DNA from: Macrostomum lignano
Taxonomy: Eukaryota
Reading direction: 5' to 3'
Assembly: GCA_002269645.1 (NCBI GenBank)
Contig: NIVC01001440.1
Location: 1-53,571 of the forward strand
DNA: 53,571 nt
The notes below the pieces were generated by a model. It was given only the letters and a program-made list of their open reading frames with translations, made no database searches and was not told the origin of the DNA. How positions within the stretch are numbered: the stretch's first letter is position 1; each line of letters starts with the position of its first letter. Of this stretch, positions 50,519 to 53,571 are shown piece by piece. Position numbers and translations under genes: made by a program.

Positions 50519-51071
50519 TTGGGCTCTCTGAATCCCCTGTCCTAACTAGAAGCGGCTCAGAGCAGAGAAGCCGCACCCAAAGTCCTGAGTCGTGAGTCAC
50601 CTTAGCAGCAACCGGTTTTGCATAGCGCGCTTCCCGCCGCCTTAGCACAGAGGAATCCCATTCCGGGAATTCCAGTCTGAGTGATTTTGCTTTTGATCAA
50701 AGCCTCTGCCTCACCCCCTCCTCCAGTGCGGCTCTTGAGCTCTCCAGGAAATGAGTCTCAGAAACTGAAAGCAGAAGACGGCAGAAGCCAGAAAGCCGTT
50801 GTTCCTCTACGGGGTTGGGCGAAGCAAATAGCCACTTGAGTCATGTTTCTATTTTTAGCTCACAATGCTGTCCAAGCCGATTCCCCTTTACTTCGGCCCC
50901 CTCGATGCATTTTCTAGCGGGGAAAACCGGCACTGAATGCCACATCGCACAAAAGAGAAAAGCTGCTTTTTTGGCTCAATGCCAGATCTCTTCTAATGGC
51001 TTTTTAAAGTTACAAGGTGATTTTTAGGTTGAGTATTTCAGTATAAGGTTTGCCACTGCAGTTTGATAAAA

Positions 51072-51390
<319 letters not shown>

Positions 51391-52143
51391 CAAGCTGAAT
51401 GGAATTCATTTGGCAGCAAGTCATCATGATCAGTTCATCCACCCCTAATCCGATATATTTAGCACCGAAGAGGCTGCTCGGATGCAGACCGGGCTGAAAC
51501 TGTCATCAAGAGATTAAGCGGGGCGATATGATGGTCGGTTGGCCTAAAAAAACTCCAATCGGAATTGCGTGGGCGGCGGCAAGTCCTCATTTTTATTTCC
51601 AGCCTCCCGGATGGCGGACTTTAAGGCCGGCCCAGTCAATATTTGTCTGCAGCCTGGGAGTCGCTCTGTGCCAGACGGAGCCTCCTAGTTTGCGTCACAG
51701 CGAGCGAATCAGGTTGGCAACTGGGGCGGATTTAGAACCGATTAAGGACAAACCAAACAGAGGATTAATCGCCCACCGCCCCTTTTTCCCCCACAATAAA
51801 AGCTGCCGCTATTCTTAGCTACTTGGGTGGATAAAAATAGCTGCCCGCCTGACAAGAGTCTCTCGGCGAGATTCGCGTACGCGGAGTGGATCCGCAACCT
51901 CCATAATAGGAGTGTGCACCCCCCCCCTGGCGCCCACCCCCGGCCGCGAGGCTATCAGGGAAATAGCCCCCGTTGCCAGCTAGCGGAGGCCTATCTAGAG
52001 GGGGGGTGGCTCAGCCAGCCAGCTCTGCTCTACAGTTTAGCTGACTGACGGGCGGATCCAGGAAGAGGGTGAGGGAGGGGGGTGGAGAAAATCGAGAGAG
52101 GAAGTTTCTGCGGGAAAGGGGAGTTGAGGGCTACAAGAGATGC

Positions 52144-52152
52144 TATAAAAAG
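52144..52152 (+). promoter_or_regulatory. Candidate TATA box for the PH-like gene
   Basis: TATAAAAAG about 125 nt upstream of the ATG. A possible 54-nt 5'UTR intron at 52201-52254 (gtaaca..tttcaag). Confidence 0.35.
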
Positions 52153-52268
52153 GGACCCGCATCGATGTGGGAAATTTTTCCCAAACTGAAGCAGCAATTC
52201 GTAACAGTTTAGAGCAGGGCAGCTGAACAGACATTTTATTGATGTGCTTTCAAGACGACGCCAAAGCG

Positions 52269-52708
52269 ATGAAGCTGAGCACGTCGGGCGCCGCGGTGCA
52301 GCGGCGGAGCAGCCGGGCGCTCATCACCCTGGTGCGGCCGGACCATCTGGCCACCCTGGCCGGTCGGCTCTGCCTGTTCGGCGGCGGCGGCGACGCCTCT
52401 GGCGGGCCCGGCTTCGTGGTGGTCTTCAGTGAGGCCACCGAGGAGGCGGCCGGGCAGCCGCTGGGCTGCCTGAGCCTTCGCGGGCTCAGCGCAGAGCCGC
52501 TGGCAGACGGAAGCTCAAACTGGCCAGGCGAGGCGAAGACGGAGTTGGCCGGGCCTACTCGGTGGTCACCTTCGACAGCGAGGAGGAGCGGCGCGTCTGG
52601 CTGCGGCTGCTGGCCGACTGCCGGCTGTCCGGGCCGGGCCTGCGGCCAATCAGCGAGGACGAGGCCGCCTGCTACTGCGGCTCCGCCAATGTTGGCGTTG
52701 TGCGATAA
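52269..52708 (+). CDS. Small PH-domain-like protein with one apparent 1-nt deletion near 52502
   Basis: MKLSTSG..GRLCLFG..FVVVFSE..PLGCLSLRGLSAEPL continues, after a -1 shift, as RRKLKLARR..AYSVVTFDSEEERRVWLRLLADC..GVVR*. This beta-strand pattern plus FDSEEERRVWL helix is typical of PH folds. Confidence 0.62.
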
Positions 52709-53571
52709 TTTCTATACAGTGTCGGATTTGAATTTGCGCCCGAATATTTCTGTTTTAATCGAGCCGTCAGGACTAAATGACTCAGTGGTGCCTTTGAAAA
52801 AATTCAAGATACAGTTAGCTGTACAATATATGTGCGGCATTCTTGTCCCGTATATAAAACTTTTTCCGTTCAATGCGTAACTATAGGGAATGCTACACTT
52901 AATTTGTTTGTCCTTCAACTGCTATCAATTGCACTACTTCATGTTAAATTGACCGCAGTATTGCTGACTTACATAGTTGTAAATTTGTTTAAACTATTAG
53001 ATTTTAACACAATAAAATAGCACTGCAACTAGATGTACTTCAACTATCCCGCAGTAATTTTGAGTTCCCATTTCGTTGTCAAATACGAAATAATTTCGCC
53101 ATTTCGAGTTATTTCTACTAATAGTAGGCAAAAATACACAAGTTCAGAATTTGAGCGCGGCCAAAAAAATTTAAAAGCTCAACAACAACTTCTCTGGAGA
53201 GAAATGCTCTGGGGTGCAATGAGTGCTATAGTCTCTGACAGTGCACTGATAAAATACACGAGGACTTGAGGTTTAATAAAAACCATAATGTACTGTATAC
53301 TCGCAGTCTGTGACTGACCCCTAGCTATGCCTCACCGCGTGTTCTCACGCTAGCTAACATTATTCGCTTATGAAATTCGCTTCTCTGGTCCAAGTCCACA
53401 TGCAGACTCCGTTTTTATTGAGAGAAAATGAGTGCACATGTGTACTAATTCGCTCAACTCTGTTCTGGCTGTTTGTCTGAAGAAATCCGAAAGAAACGAA
53501 CTTTGGCGGTAATTACTTTAAAAAATGTTAGACAATTAGATAAACATTTATCATTTGTTTGAAAGACAATT

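Overview
A eukaryotic (metazoan) genomic window with GC-rich exons and introns or spacers filled by about 35 distinct tandem arrays. The style resembles a free-living flatworm such as Macrostomum, but that is inference only. Seven spliced or partial genes can be reconstructed by hand: (1) the 3' part of an SPOP-like BTB gene whose last exon has three indels; (2) a minus-strand small secreted Cys-containing protein of unknown family; (3) a complete DPH5; (4) a complete 7-exon P2X receptor (595 aa, long low-complexity C-tail); (5) a 3-exon orphan rhodopsin-class GPCR; (6) the last two exons of an uncharacterised protein; (7) a small PH-like protein with one frameshift. Almost all long ORFs in the ORF track are translations of tandem repeats. 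The most notable observations are: a copy of the P2X intron-4/exon-5 junction inside the SPOP intron 30 kb away; minisatellites placed right against splice sites, carrying decoy acceptor or branch-point words; a family of related, partly inverted arrays around DPH5; and a recurrent TGAC/GTCA (RGGTCA) core across otherwise unrelated arrays. I found no tRNA, rRNA, CRISPR array or intact transposon.
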